Positions 36,493-46,399 of a stretch of DNA of 64,000 bases are shown piece after piece (the stretch's first letter is position 1; every line of letters begins with the position of its first letter). The notes beneath the pieces are model-generated. The model had not been told where the DNA came from, searched no databases, and worked only from the letters and a program-made list of their open reading frames with translations. The DNA is from Sporichthyaceae bacterium (lineage in GTDB: Bacteria > Actinomycetota > Actinomycetes > JACCUZ01), in assembly GCA_031365725.1 (NCBI GenBank), contig JANLYQ010000014.1:40249-104248 (forward strand), written 5' to 3'. A program made the translations under genes and the position numbers.

Positions 36493-36543
36493 CCGACGAC
36501 ACCAACGACACCGACGACACCGACGACACCGACGACACCGACG
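36409..36543. repeat. Two 9-bp microsatellite tracts flanking the M48 stop codon
   Basis: GATGACTCC/GATGCCTCC x5 (36409-36458); CCGACGACA x5.6 (36493-36543). Confidence 0.85.
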
Positions 36544-36605
36544 GGCGGCACCAACACCGCAAGCGCCATCAAACGGGCGGGCCGCCGGCAAGGGACGATC
36601 GGTTC

Positions 36606-37523
36606 ATGACCGCAGCCGACACGTTCGCCGCGTTCGTCGAAGTCCTGGCTGACGCCCTCGACGATCACGAGGTCACCGGTGACGCGCTGGCTCGGCGGCT
36701 GCACCTGTCGAGGTTCCACGTCGACCGACTGGTGTCCACAGCCGCCGGTGAGCCACCGCAGCGACTGCGCCGTCGCATCCTGCTCGAGCAGGCGGCCTAC
36801 CGGCTGTTGTCCGGTCGGCGATCCATCCTTGACGTCGCCGTAGAAGCCGGCTACGGCTCGCAGGCAGCGTTCACCCGGGCCTTCGCCCGGGCCTACGACG
36901 TGACCCCGGGGGCCTGGCGCCGTCGACCGACCGACATCCAGCTCGCCGCACCGAACGGCGTGCACTTCCACCCACCCGGCAGCATCTGACTGCCCGCTCG
37001 AAGGACGGTGACACCCATGGACCTGCTCACACGCATGGTCGAGCACCACATCTGGCTGACCGGAGAGATCCTGCGCTGCGCGGAGCGTGTGAGCGACGAC
37101 CAGCTCGACGCGGCGATCGTCGTCAGCGTCGATGACGACCCGGATCCGAGCACTCTGCGCCGACTGCTCTCGCGACTGATCGGCCAGCTAGGCATGTGGA
37201 ACTCGGCCCTGGCCAACCGCGAGTACGACTGGTCCGTCGAGGAGCATGAGTCGTTGTCCTCGATGCGAGCGCGACTGGCCGAGGAGGGCCCGACGTACCT
37301 CTCTCATGTCCGTGACGTCGTCGCCGCGGGTCGGCTCGACGACACGTTCGTCGATGCCTTGTGCGAACCGGCCGAGGTATTTACCTACGGCGGCATGGTG
37401 GCGCACGTGCTCACCTTCGCTGCCCACCGCAGGACGTTGGCCGTCCTGGCGCTGGGCGCCTACGGAGTCTCGGAGCTCGGCTGGGGCGACCCGATGCGCT
37501 GGGTGGCCGAGAGCTCCGCCTGA
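36606..37523 (+). pseudogene. AraC-family regulator with C-terminal DinB-like domain, interrupted by an in-frame TGA at 36987-36989
   Basis: AraC HTH (LSRFH..GEPP..RRILLEQAA..VAVEAGYGSQAAFTRAF) and the downstream ORF 37008-37523 are in the same frame: ..HPPGSI*LPARRTVTPMDLL.. Confidence 0.75.
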
Positions 37524-38101
37524 GCCAGCAGCGCCGAGCGAGCGGCCGTCATCAGTCGCTCGAGGTCGGCCACCGCCTCGGACGGCAAAGCGTCGACGGC
37601 GAACCACGCCACGTCGTGCGACTCCTCGCTCACCACAGGCTCGGCACCGGCCGGCGCGACGACCGCGAACCGCACGTCAAGGTGTTCGCCGCACCGGCCG
37701 AATGCCGAGGAGAGCGTGTGCCGGTCGAGGTCCACCGGTGCGTCCCCGACGAGCCGGAGCCCCTCGATCCCGGACTCTTCGGCCGCCTCGCGCAAGGCCG
37801 CCGCAGCAAGCGACTGGTCGCCCTCCTCGATGTGGCCGCCGGTCTGCACCCAGAAGTTGCCCTTGCGGTGCAACGTCAGCAGCACCCGCTCACCGGTGGG
37901 GTCGAGGACGAGACCGCTCGCGGTGAGATGTTCAGGACCGCAGGTGATCAGCGCGCCGTCCAGCGGGTGCTGACGCAGGTGCTCGAGGTACGCCGCCAGC
38001 AGCACGGCCTGGTCAGCCTGGTCAGCCGGGTGGTCGTGCGGCGGGGTCCAGCGCTCGAGCGCGGCCACGGCCCCGGCGTGCAACGCGTCTGGCTTGGTCA
38101 T
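37460..38101 (-). CDS. NUDIX hydrolase
   Basis: HLTAS, LTLHRK..WVQTGGH, AALREAAEESGI, HLDVRF, SEESHDVAWF. Confidence 0.88.
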   Translation of the reverse strand: MTKPDALHAGAVAALERWTPPHDHPADQADQAVLLAAYLEHLRQHPLDGALITCGPEHLTASGLVLDPTGERVLLTLHRKGNFWVQTGGHIEEGDQSLAAAALREAAEESGIEGLRLVGDAPVDLDRHTLSSAFGRCGEHLDVRFAVVAPAGAEPVVSEESHDVAWFAVDALPSEAVADLERLMTAARSALLAQAELSATQRIGSPQPSSETP

Positions 38102-38145
38102 TGGTGCGTCGAGGTCACTACCCGGACTGGCGCCGTCGACCGAGC

Positions 38146-39486
38146 TCACGGCAGCTCGGGCTCGGGCGGAGCGACCGTGTCGTCGAGGCCGGAGAGGTCC
38201 AGTGGGGCCGACGTGGCACCGGCCGCGAACGCGGTCGGGTCGTCGAGGTCGTCCGCGGTCGGCATCAGGTCCGGGTGGGACCAGACGGCCTCGCGACCGT
38301 CCTGACCGCGGTCGGCGAGCACGGCACGCCACAGGTCGGCGGCCTCGCGCAGCCGCCGCGGCCGCAGCTCGAGGCCGACCAGTGAGGCGAACGTCGCCTC
38401 GGCCGGGCCACCGCTCGCGCGGCGCCGACGTACGGTCTCGCGCAGCGCAGCCGCGGCTGGCAGTCGCGCGGACGCTGCGGCGTCGACGACCTCGTCGACC
38501 CAGCCCTCGACCAGGGCGAGAGCGGTTTCCAGCCGAGCCAGCGCGGCGGTCTGTTCGGGGGTGTCCTGCGGCTCGAAAAGCCCACCGGTCAACGCTTTCT
38601 GCATCGCTTCGGGATCGGTGGGGTCGATGGTGCCGACCGCCTCCTGCAGCCGCGCGGTGTCGATGGTCATGCCTTGGCCATAGGCCGCGATCGCGTCGTG
38701 CAGGTGGGACTGCAGCCACGGGACGTGGCCGAACAGCCGCTGGTGCGCGGCCTCGCGCAGCGCGAGGTAGAGCCGCACCTGGTCGGACGGCACCTCGAGA
38801 CCGGCGCCGAAGGCGGTGACGTTGGCCGGCAGCAGCGCAGCCGTGCCACCGCTGGTCAGTGGCAGTCCCACATCGGTCGAGCCGACGACCTCGACGGCGA
38901 GCCCGCCGATGGCCTGGCCGATCTGGGTACCGAACATCGCGCCGCCGATGCTGCGCATCATCTGCTGCATGGGGCCGGCCATCGCCGCCATCTGCTCGGG
39001 CAGTGCGCCGAGCTGGGCCATCGGACCGCCCTCACCCGAGAGCATGGAGCCCATCGAGTCGACGACCTTGGCGGCGACCGGGTCGACCAGTGCCCGCCAT
39101 GCGGGCAGCGTCGCCTCGACCCACTCGGCTCGGCTCCAGGCCTTGACCGACGTGCCGACCGCGGCGAACGAGCAGACCTCGTCCAGCCACAGCTCAGCCA
39201 GGCGCATCGCGTCGAGCACCTGCTCGCGCTCGGCGGTCGCGACGGAGCGGTCACCGGCCGCCGACACGGTCTGGCGGGCGACGTCCTTGGCCAGGTCCCA
39301 GTTGACCGGCCCGCCCTGGTAGGACAGGAGCTCACCGAGCTTGCTGAATGCCGCACCGAGGTCGGCGCCCCCGCCGGTGAAGCCGAACGGGTTGTCCGCC
39401 GGAGTGTTGCCGGAGCTGCCGCTGTCGCCGCCGGACGAGCCGTCGTCGGGCGGCCCGGGGTTGAACCCGAAGGGGAAGTTGCTCAC
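38146..39486 (-). CDS. Zinc-dependent metalloprotease/putative hydrolase (Rv3195-like)
   Basis: GPVNWDLA, WSRAEW, LREAAHQRLF, LALVEGWV, RRRASGGPAE, GLELRPRRLR. Confidence 0.88.
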   Translation of the reverse strand: MSNFPFGFNPGPPDDGSSGGDSGSSGNTPADNPFGFTGGGADLGAAFSKLGELLSYQGGPVNWDLAKDVARQTVSAAGDRSVATAEREQVLDAMRLAELWLDEVCSFAAVGTSVKAWSRAEWVEATLPAWRALVDPVAAKVVDSMGSMLSGEGGPMAQLGALPEQMAAMAGPMQQMMRSIGGAMFGTQIGQAIGGLAVEVVGSTDVGLPLTSGGTAALLPANVTAFGAGLEVPSDQVRLYLALREAAHQRLFGHVPWLQSHLHDAIAAYGQGMTIDTARLQEAVGTIDPTDPEAMQKALTGGLFEPQDTPEQTAALARLETALALVEGWVDEVVDAAASARLPAAAALRETVRRRRASGGPAEATFASLVGLELRPRRLREAADLWRAVLADRGQDGREAVWSHPDLMPTADDLDDPTAFAAGATSAPLDLSGLDDTVAPPEPELP

Positions 39487-39541
39487 CGTCTCGCCTCACA
39501 TCGTCGCCGGGACTGGCAGGAGTTGGCAGGATGGGCGCACC

Positions 39542-40711
39542 ATGACCGCCGCGCGCCCCACCGTAACCAGTACCGAGGACAACTTCTCGGGCGCTGCAGA
39601 CAGTTCCGCGGCCGGTCCCGACGCTGCTCCGGTTCGCTCAGAGCGCAGGAACCGGAGCCGGAGCAGGCGTCCCGGGGTGGCCGTCACCGGTGCCGCGTCC
39701 GGTCTCGGTGCCGTGGTGGCGGCCCGTCTCGTGGCGCACGAGGAGGTCGGCACGGTCGTGGGCCTCGATGACCACCGGGGCAACGTCGAGGGCGTCACCT
39801 GGCGGGTGCTCGACGTGCGCGACCCCGTGTTGTCCACCCGGTTGGACAAGGTCGACACGATCGTCCACCTCGCGCTGGACATCTCGGTCGAGCGGGACCG
39901 GGGCGAGCAGGGCGAGCTCAACGTCCGTGGCACCCAGACCGTGTTGACGGCCGCCGCCGCTGCCGGCGTACGCCGGGTGGTGCTGTGCACGTCGGCCATG
40001 GTCTACGGCGCGCTGCCGGACAACGCCCTGCCGCTGGCCGAGGACGCGCCGCTACGCGCCGTCCCCGACGGCGGGCTCCTCTCGGACTGGCTGGAGATCG
40101 AGCGCCTCGCCGCTCAGGCTCCGCGCAGCCACCCGGGGCTGGCGGTGACGGTGCTGCGACCGGCCACTCTGGTCGGCCCGGGCGTCGACAGCCTGCTGAC
40201 GCGGCACTTCGAGGCGCCGCGACTGCTGATGGTGCGCGACTCCACACCCACGTGGCAGTTCTGCCACGTCGACGACCTGGCTGACGCCCTGGTGCTCGCC
40301 GCGCTGGGTCGGGTCGAGGGCGTGGCGACCGTCGGCTGCGCGGGCTGGCTCGGTCAGGAGGACGTCGAGCTGCTCTCCGGACTGCGGCGCATCGAGCTGC
40401 CGTCCTCGCTCGCCTTCGGCACCGCCGAGCGCCTGCACCGGCTGGGTGTCATCCCGGCGCCGGCCAGCGACCTGCAGTACGTCGTGCACCCCTGGGTCGT
40501 GCCGTCGACGAGGCTGCGGGCGGCCGGCTGGCTGCCGACCTACGACAACGCGACCGCACTCGGTCTGCTGCTCGAGCAGGTCCGCGGACACCACGCCGTG
40601 GCCGCCCGGCGGGTCGGTCGACGGGACGCGACCATCGGCGCCGGCGCTGCGGTCGCCGTGGTGGGCACCGCGGCCCTGGTGCGCGCTGCTCGCCGCAAGA
40701 GGCGGCCATGA
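39542..40711 (+). CDS. NAD-dependent epimerase/dehydratase family protein
   Basis: VAVTGAASGLG, VHLA, NVRGT, TSAMVYGA, QFCHVDDLA. Confidence 0.85.
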   Translation: MTAARPTVTSTEDNFSGAADSSAAGPDAAPVRSERRNRSRSRRPGVAVTGAASGLGAVVAARLVAHEEVGTVVGLDDHRGNVEGVTWRVLDVRDPVLSTRLDKVDTIVHLALDISVERDRGEQGELNVRGTQTVLTAAAAAGVRRVVLCTSAMVYGALPDNALPLAEDAPLRAVPDGGLLSDWLEIERLAAQAPRSHPGLAVTVLRPATLVGPGVDSLLTRHFEAPRLLMVRDSTPTWQFCHVDDLADALVLAALGRVEGVATVGCAGWLGQEDVELLSGLRRIELPSSLAFGTAERLHRLGVIPAPASDLQYVVHPWVVPSTRLRAAGWLPTYDNATALGLLLEQVRGHHAVAARRVGRRDATIGAGAAVAVVGTAALVRAARRKRRP

Positions 40712-41157
40712 CCAAGCCCACGATCTACGACGACAAGCCCGTGATCCGGTTGCTGGACGTGCGCGAGACGGCTCTGTCGCTCGACGAGGTCTTCGCGGCC
40801 ATCAGCGACCCGGGGGCCGGGGGCGTGACGCTGTTCGTCGGCACGGTACGCGAGCAGGACGGCGGCCGCGAGGTTGCTGCCCTCGGCTACTCCGCACACC
40901 CCAGCGCGGTGGCGCGGCTCGAGGCGGTGGCCGCCGACGTCATCGCCCGGCACCCGGTGCGTGCTCTAGCAGCGGTGCACCGCGTCGGTGACCTGGTGGT
41001 CGGCGACCTCGCCGTCGTCGTCGCGGTCGCGTGTGCGCACCGCGGTGACGCGTTCGCGGCGGCCCGCATGCTGATCGACGACCTGAAGGCGACCGTGCCG
41101 ATCTGGAAGCACCAGGTCTTCGCCGACGGCGAGCAGGAGTGGGTCGGCCTGCCGTGA
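40708..41157 (+). CDS. moaE: Molybdopterin synthase catalytic subunit MoaE
   Basis: AGGVTLFVGTVRE, VHRVGDL, AHRGDAF, LKATVPIWKHQ. Confidence 0.92.
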   Translation: MTKPTIYDDKPVIRLLDVRETALSLDEVFAAISDPGAGGVTLFVGTVREQDGGREVAALGYSAHPSAVARLEAVAADVIARHPVRALAAVHRVGDLVVGDLAVVVAVACAHRGDAFAAARMLIDDLKATVPIWKHQVFADGEQEWVGLP

Positions 41158-41202
41158 CCCGACCTGCCGGTGTCGGCCCACACCAGCAACTAGCCTGAGC
41201 GC

Positions 41203-41379
41203 GTGTCGTCCCTCGCCTGGCTGGCGATCCCGCTGGTCGCCCTCGTGCTGGCTGTGCTGTGGGTGGTCTGGATCAGTCGTACCCGGCCGCGCGCCGGCAC
41301 CCACGAGACGTTGCGGGAGCACGCCCGCTTCAAGGCCGCGTTCGAGCACACCGAGTCCCCGCGCCCGCCGCAGCCGTGA
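41203..41379 (+). CDS. Small single-pass membrane protein (58 aa), below ORF-track cutoff
   Basis: MSSLAWLAIPLVALVLAVLWVVWISRTRPR...ARFKAAF; TAGCCT -10-like hexamer just upstream. Confidence 0.65.
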   Translation: MSSLAWLAIPLVALVLAVLWVVWISRTRPRAGTHETLREHARFKAAFEHTESPRPPQP

Positions 41380-41409
41380 GTGCCCGTCCCCTCTCGTAGG
41401 CTGAGGCTC

Positions 41410-42453
41410 ATGTCCCGTCGGCTGCTGGTGCTCTCCGTCGCCGGCTTCCTCACCGTGCTGCTGGCGGGGGTCGCCGTGCTGCTGCCGGTGCCCTATGTCG
41501 CGCTGCTGCCCGGCCCGACGACCAACACTCTCGGCTCCGTCGGGGGCACCGAGCTCATCCGCATCTCCGGCCACCCGGTCTATCCCGACACCGGGCACCT
41601 CGACCTGGTCACGGTGTCGGTGGTCGGCGGTCCGCAGCAGGGCATGGACCTCGTGACCGCTGTGCGTGACTGGGTGGACCCGACGCGGGCCGTGGTGCCC
41701 GAGGAGACCATCTACCCCAAGGGTCAGAGCGCGAAGCAGGCCGAGCAGCAGAGCACGGCGGAGATGACCGGCAGCCAGGAGAACGCCACCGTCGCCGCGC
41801 TGCGCCAGCTGAAGATCCCGGTCACCACCGAGACCATCGTGGCCTCGCTCGCGCCCACGTCGCCGTCGGCCGGAAAGCTGAAGAAGGGCGACGTGTTCGT
41901 GTCGGTTGACGGTGTGCCGGTGACCGGCGGTGCGTCGTTGCGGGCCGCCGTCACCGCCGTCTCACCGGGGACACCTCTGGCCATCGTCCTACGCCGGAAG
42001 CGGGTGACGGTCACCACGTCGGTGACCACCGGCAAGGCACCCGACGACGGTCGGGCCGTCATCGGCGTCGAGACGGCCGACCAGTCGCACTTCCCGTTCA
42101 CGGTCGACATCTCCCTGCGGGACGTCGGAGGTCCTAGCGCCGGGTTGATGTTCGCTCTCGGCATCGTCGACAAGCTGACACCTGGGTCACTGACCGGCGG
42201 TCGGTTCATCGCCGGCACCGGCACCATCGATGACGCCGGTGTCGTGGGACCGATCGGTGGCATCGCCCAGAAGATGGTGGGCGCGCGCGACAACGGTGCG
42301 ACCGTGTTCCTGTCCCCGGCCAAGAACTGCGCCGACGCCAAGGCGTCGGTCCCCGAGGGCCTCCGGCTGGTGAAGGTCGGGACTCTCGCCCAGGCCGTGA
42401 CGGTGCTGCAGGACCTCGACGCCGGGCGTGCGTCGGCGTTGCCCAGCTGCTGA
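41410..42453 (+). CDS. PDZ domain plus Lon-type S16 serine protease (YlbL-like)
   Basis: PVPYV..PGPT, MTGSQENA, PDZ domain, VGGPSAGLMF, GPIGGIAQK. Confidence 0.9.
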   Translation: MSRRLLVLSVAGFLTVLLAGVAVLLPVPYVALLPGPTTNTLGSVGGTELIRISGHPVYPDTGHLDLVTVSVVGGPQQGMDLVTAVRDWVDPTRAVVPEETIYPKGQSAKQAEQQSTAEMTGSQENATVAALRQLKIPVTTETIVASLAPTSPSAGKLKKGDVFVSVDGVPVTGGASLRAAVTAVSPGTPLAIVLRRKRVTVTTSVTTGKAPDDGRAVIGVETADQSHFPFTVDISLRDVGGPSAGLMFALGIVDKLTPGSLTGGRFIAGTGTIDDAGVVGPIGGIAQKMVGARDNGATVFLSPAKNCADAKASVPEGLRLVKVGTLAQAVTVLQDLDAGRASALPSC

Positions 42454-42468
42454 GCGGGTGGCCGCGCG

Positions 42469-43047
42469 CTAGTCGGCGAAGGTCGCTGCGATGGCGTCGG
42501 CCAACCCCGGCACGAGGTCCGGTCCGGTGAGCACCGAGGTCTCGTCGTCGTGAGTCCGCATGCGCAGCGCGCATGACCGGCTGCCGTCTCGCATGACCGA
42601 CACCACGAGCCGCACCTCTTGGCGTTCTGGATGCTCGGCGAGCCAGTCCAGAGCGGCTGACTCCTCCTGCGGCATGTCCTTCTCGACCGCCGGGGGCACC
42701 ATCAGTCGCTCGACGGTGACCACGGCGCCGAGCACATCGGCCGGCCAGACGATGCCGCTGAGCAGCTCGTCGAGCCCGCTGTGCTCGGGCAGCTCGCCCT
42801 GGTCGATCGGGGTGAGGTCGCCTGGCTCGCCCGCGACGATGCCCAGTGCCTCAGCGAGCTGCGGCTCGCGACGCAGCAGGTCCGCGGTCTCCACGAGAGC
42901 GAACAGCGATGGTGGTCGGTCCCAGCCGGCAGCGGCAGCATGGCGTTCGATGTCGACGGTGAGCCGCTCGAGCCGGCGGATGCCGGTAGGCGGGCCGGGG
43001 TCGGGGCTGTGCGAGGTGAGGTCGGACGTGCTGTTCTGATCGGTCAC
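42469..43047 (-). CDS. PPA1309 family protein
   Basis: GWDRPPSLFALVET, LTPIDQ, WPADVLG, HPERQEVRL, LVPGLADA. Confidence 0.85.
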   Translation of the reverse strand: MTDQNSTSDLTSHSPDPGPPTGIRRLERLTVDIERHAAAAGWDRPPSLFALVETADLLRREPQLAEALGIVAGEPGDLTPIDQGELPEHSGLDELLSGIVWPADVLGAVVTVERLMVPPAVEKDMPQEESAALDWLAEHPERQEVRLVVSVMRDGSRSCALRMRTHDDETSVLTGPDLVPGLADAIAATFAD

Positions 43048-43113
43048 GACGTGATCCTCTCAACCGAACGGGCGCTCCGTCGTCAGCCGCCCCCGCGAGG
43101 TAGGTTGACCGAC

Positions 43114-46089
43114 GTGAGCGCCTCGATGCCGTCTGCTGCGGGGCAACCCCGGCGCCCCCTGGGTCCACGTCGTCGCGGGCGCACGCTGCTGCCGACGCTC
43201 GTGATCCTCGTCGTGCTGCTGATCGCCTTCAGCATCTTCACCGGCTTCTACACCGACCTGCTGTGGTTCCGGTCGGTCGGCTACTCCTCGGTGTTCACCC
43301 GGACCTTGCTCACGCGGGTCGTGCTGTTCCTGGTGTTCGGGCTGGTGATGTCGGCCGTGGTGGGCGTCAACGTGGTCCTTGCCTACCGGACACGCCCCGC
43401 CTACCAGGCGATGATCCCGGGACAGCAAGAGCTCGACCGCTATCGCATGGCCATCGAGCCGTTCCGGCGCATCGTGGTGTCCGTCGTGGTCACCCTGCTC
43501 GGGCTGATCGCCGGATCGTCCGCGGCCGGGCAGTGGCGCACGGTGCTGCAGTGGATCAACGGCGTGTCCTTCGGTGAGCGCGATGCGCAGTTCCACAAGG
43601 ACATCTCGTTCTTCGCCTTCGACCTGCCGTGGTACCAGTTCCTGCACTCGTTCGTGATCTCGGTGGCCGTGGTCAGCCTGCTTGCCGGTGCCCTGACGCA
43701 CTACCTGTACGGCGGTCTGCGGCTGCAGCCGTTCCTTGGCGAGCGCGCCACGACGGCTGCTCGCGTGCACCTGTCGGTGCTCATGGGTGTCTTCGCCCTG
43801 CTGCGGGCCGTGGGCTACTGGCTCGACCGCTATCAGCTCGGCGTGGGTGAGCACCGGGTGAACAACACCGATTTCACCGGCCTGACCTACACCGATGTGC
43901 ACGCGGTGCTCGGGGCGAAGACAATCCTCGCGATCGTCTCGCTGATCTGCGCCGGTCTGTTCTTCAGCGCGGTCGTGCAGCGCACCTGGTTGCTGCCGGG
44001 CATCGGTGTCGGGGCCTTGCTGGTGGCTGCTCTGCTGGTCGGTGGCATCGTCCCCGCGGTGGTGCAGCGCTTTCAGGTGGCGCCTAACGCGTTGGACAAG
44101 GAGACGCCGTACATCGCGCGCAACATTGCCGCGACGCGATCGGCGTACGGCATCGACAAAGTCAAGATCGACCCCTACGACGCCAAGCTCACGGCTGACA
44201 AGACCACGCTGGCCGGTGACTCGGGCACCACCTCCGACATCCGGCTGCTCGACCCGTCGCTCCTGAGCCCGACCTTCAAGAACTTGCAGCAGATCAAGGC
44301 GTTCTACGACTTCCCGAGCAACCTCGGCGTCGACCGCTACACCCTTTCGGGGGTGCGCCGTGACGTCGTCATGGCGGTCCGCGAGGTGAGCCTGTCGGGG
44401 GTGCCGAGCCCGCAGCGCAACTGGATCAACGACCACACGGCCTACACCCACGGCTTCGGTTTCGTCGCCGCGCTGGGCAGTGAGACCGACGGCAGTCGCC
44501 CGAAGTTCGTGTCCTCTGACATCCCCCCGGTCGGGCAGCTCGGCAACTTCGAGCCGCGCGTCTACTTCGGTCAGGAGTCGCCGGACTACAGCATCGTCGG
44601 CGGACCCAAGGGCTCGACGCCGGTGGAGCTCGACTACCCCGACGACTCGGTGAGCTCGGGACAGCGCACCTCGACGTACGCCGGGAAGGGCGGGGTGGGC
44701 GTCGGGTCGTTCCCGCTGCGTGCGCTGTTCGCGATGAAGTTCCAGGACGCCAACATCCTGCTCTCCGGCCGGGTCAACTCCGAGTCACGCGTGCTCTACG
44801 TCCGCGAGCCGAAGCAGCGGGTCGAGAAGGTCGCGCCGTGGCTCACTCTCGACGGTGACCCGTACCCCGCGATCGTCGATGGGCGCATCACCTGGATCGT
44901 CGACGGTTACACCACCAGCAACGGCTATCCCTACTCCACCCGCAGCACGCTGCAGGACGCGACCACGGACTCGCGCACCACGGCCACGAACCAGCTGCTG
45001 ACTCCTGTCGAGCGGGTCAACTACATCCGCAACTCGGTCAAGGCCACGGTGGATGCCTACGACGGCACCGTGACCCTGTACCAGTGGGACGACAAGGACC
45101 CGGTCCTGCGGACGTGGATGAAGACGTTCCCCGGCACGGTGCAGCCGAAGTCCGCGATCAGCGAGGGGCTGATGGCCCACCTGCGCTATCCGCAAGACCT
45201 GTTCAAGGTGCAGCGCACACTCCTGGCGCGGTACCACCAGACGACCCCGCGCACGTTCTACAACGGCAGCGACTTCTGGCGGATCCCGGACGACCCGACC
45301 AGGGCGACCGCCGCTGCCCAGCCGCCGTACTACGTCACGCTGCGGATGCCCGGGCAGAGCGAGCCGTCGTTCTCCCTGACCTCGACGTACGTGCCGACCG
45401 GTGCCCGCAACAACCTGTCGGCGTTCCTCGCGGTGGACTCGGATCCCGGACCGGACTACGGCAAGCTGCGCGTGCTGCAGCTGCCTCGATCGGCCCAGAT
45501 CAACGGGCCGTCACAGGTGCAGAATCAGATGGTGTCCGACGATGTTGTCGCTCAGGAGCTCAACATCCTGAAGCGCGGCACCACAGTGAAGTTCGGGAAC
45601 TTGCTGACGTTCCCCGTCGGCGGCGGCCTGCTCTACGTCGAACCGGTGTACGTCGAGGCGGAAGCCTCCACGTCCTTCCCGTTGCTGCGCAAGGTGCTCG
45701 TCTCCTTCGGCAACGACGTCGCCTTCGAGGACACGTTGCAGGGCGCGTTGAACTCGCTGTTTGCCAACCAGGGCGGTGCTCCTGGTGGCGGCACGACGAC
45801 CCCGCCGCCCAGCGGTGGCGGCACCGGTACCGGCACCGGTGCCAACAACGCGGCGGTGACCGCTGCCCTGCAGGAGGCGCAGGCCGCGATCGTCGCGGCT
45901 CAGAAGGCGTTGGCGGCCGGGGACTTCGCGGCGTACGGAGTGGCGCAGAAGCAGCTGCAGGTCGCTATCGACCGGGCGGTCGCAGCCCAGTCGGGCTCCG
46001 CCTCGCCCAGCCCGTCACCTTCGGGCTCGGCCTCCGGGTCGGCATCGCCCTCGAGCAGTGCCTCGCCGTCAGCAACGGCCGGTCAGTGA
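43114..46089 (+). CDS. UPF0182 family membrane protein
   Basis: YTDLLWFRSVG, DISFFAFDLPW, YTDVHA, YTHGFG, NYIRNSVKATVDAYDG, HLRYPQDLF. Confidence 0.93.
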   Translation: MSASMPSAAGQPRRPLGPRRRGRTLLPTLVILVVLLIAFSIFTGFYTDLLWFRSVGYSSVFTRTLLTRVVLFLVFGLVMSAVVGVNVVLAYRTRPAYQAMIPGQQELDRYRMAIEPFRRIVVSVVVTLLGLIAGSSAAGQWRTVLQWINGVSFGERDAQFHKDISFFAFDLPWYQFLHSFVISVAVVSLLAGALTHYLYGGLRLQPFLGERATTAARVHLSVLMGVFALLRAVGYWLDRYQLGVGEHRVNNTDFTGLTYTDVHAVLGAKTILAIVSLICAGLFFSAVVQRTWLLPGIGVGALLVAALLVGGIVPAVVQRFQVAPNALDKETPYIARNIAATRSAYGIDKVKIDPYDAKLTADKTTLAGDSGTTSDIRLLDPSLLSPTFKNLQQIKAFYDFPSNLGVDRYTLSGVRRDVVMAVREVSLSGVPSPQRNWINDHTAYTHGFGFVAALGSETDGSRPKFVSSDIPPVGQLGNFEPRVYFGQESPDYSIVGGPKGSTPVELDYPDDSVSSGQRTSTYAGKGGVGVGSFPLRALFAMKFQDANILLSGRVNSESRVLYVREPKQRVEKVAPWLTLDGDPYPAIVDGRITWIVDGYTTSNGYPYSTRSTLQDATTDSRTTATNQLLTPVERVNYIRNSVKATVDAYDGTVTLYQWDDKDPVLRTWMKTFPGTVQPKSAISEGLMAHLRYPQDLFKVQRTLLARYHQTTPRTFYNGSDFWRIPDDPTRATAAAQPPYYVTLRMPGQSEPSFSLTSTYVPTGARNNLSAFLAVDSDPGPDYGKLRVLQLPRSAQINGPSQVQNQMVSDDVVAQELNILKRGTTVKFGNLLTFPVGGGLLYVEPVYVEAEASTSFPLLRKVLVSFGNDVAFEDTLQGALNSLFANQGGAPGGGTTTPPPSGGGTGTGTGANNAAVTAALQEAQAAIVAAQKALAAGDFAAYGVAQKQLQVAIDRAVAAQSGSASPSPSPSGSASGSASPSSSASPSATAGQ

Positions 46090-46113
46090 TCGCCGCTGTC
46101 CGCGGCTGGTGAT

Positions 46114-46142
46114 TTGCGGCCCCTTCGCGGCTGACATACAGT
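46114..46142 (+). promoter_or_regulatory. Sigma70-type promoter of tRNA-fMet
   Basis: TTGCGG-N17-TACAGT. Confidence 0.6.
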
Positions 46143-46153
46143 TGTGCTCACGA

Positions 46154-46230
46154 CGCGGGGTGGAGCAGCTCGGTAGCTCGCTGGGCTCATAACCCAGAGG
46201 TCGTAGGTTCAAATCCTACCCCCGCTACCA
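46154..46230 (+). tRNA. Initiator tRNA-fMet (CAT)
   Basis: CGCGGGGTGGAGCAGCTCGGTAGCTCGCTGGGCTCATAACCCAGAGGTCGTAGGTTCAAATCCTACCCCCGCTACCA; unpaired first position, GGG/CCC anticodon stem, encoded CCA. Confidence 0.97.
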
Positions 46231-46248
46231 AAGAAGTGCAGGTCAGAG

Positions 46249-46275
46249 GCCCGGTCCGGACAATTCGGACCGGGC
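46249..46275 (+). terminator. Hairpin downstream of tRNA
   Basis: GCCCGGTCCG-GACAATT-CGGACCGGGC followed by ATTCTCTT. Confidence 0.7.
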
Positions 46276-46399
46276 ATTCTCTTGTCATGTGGGCAGAATG
46301 TGGCAGACCCTGCGCGCCGAAGGGGCCCGGATCGTCGCGGACCCCGGCGGATGCGGGTGTTCGTACAACTCGGCCGGTCACGCGGGAGAGCAAGGCAGC

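Noticed and set aside
36987-36989. In-frame TGA as selenocysteine
   Set aside because: Linker position rather than a redox motif, no convincing SECIS hairpin seen, and CGA-to-TGA is the simpler explanation
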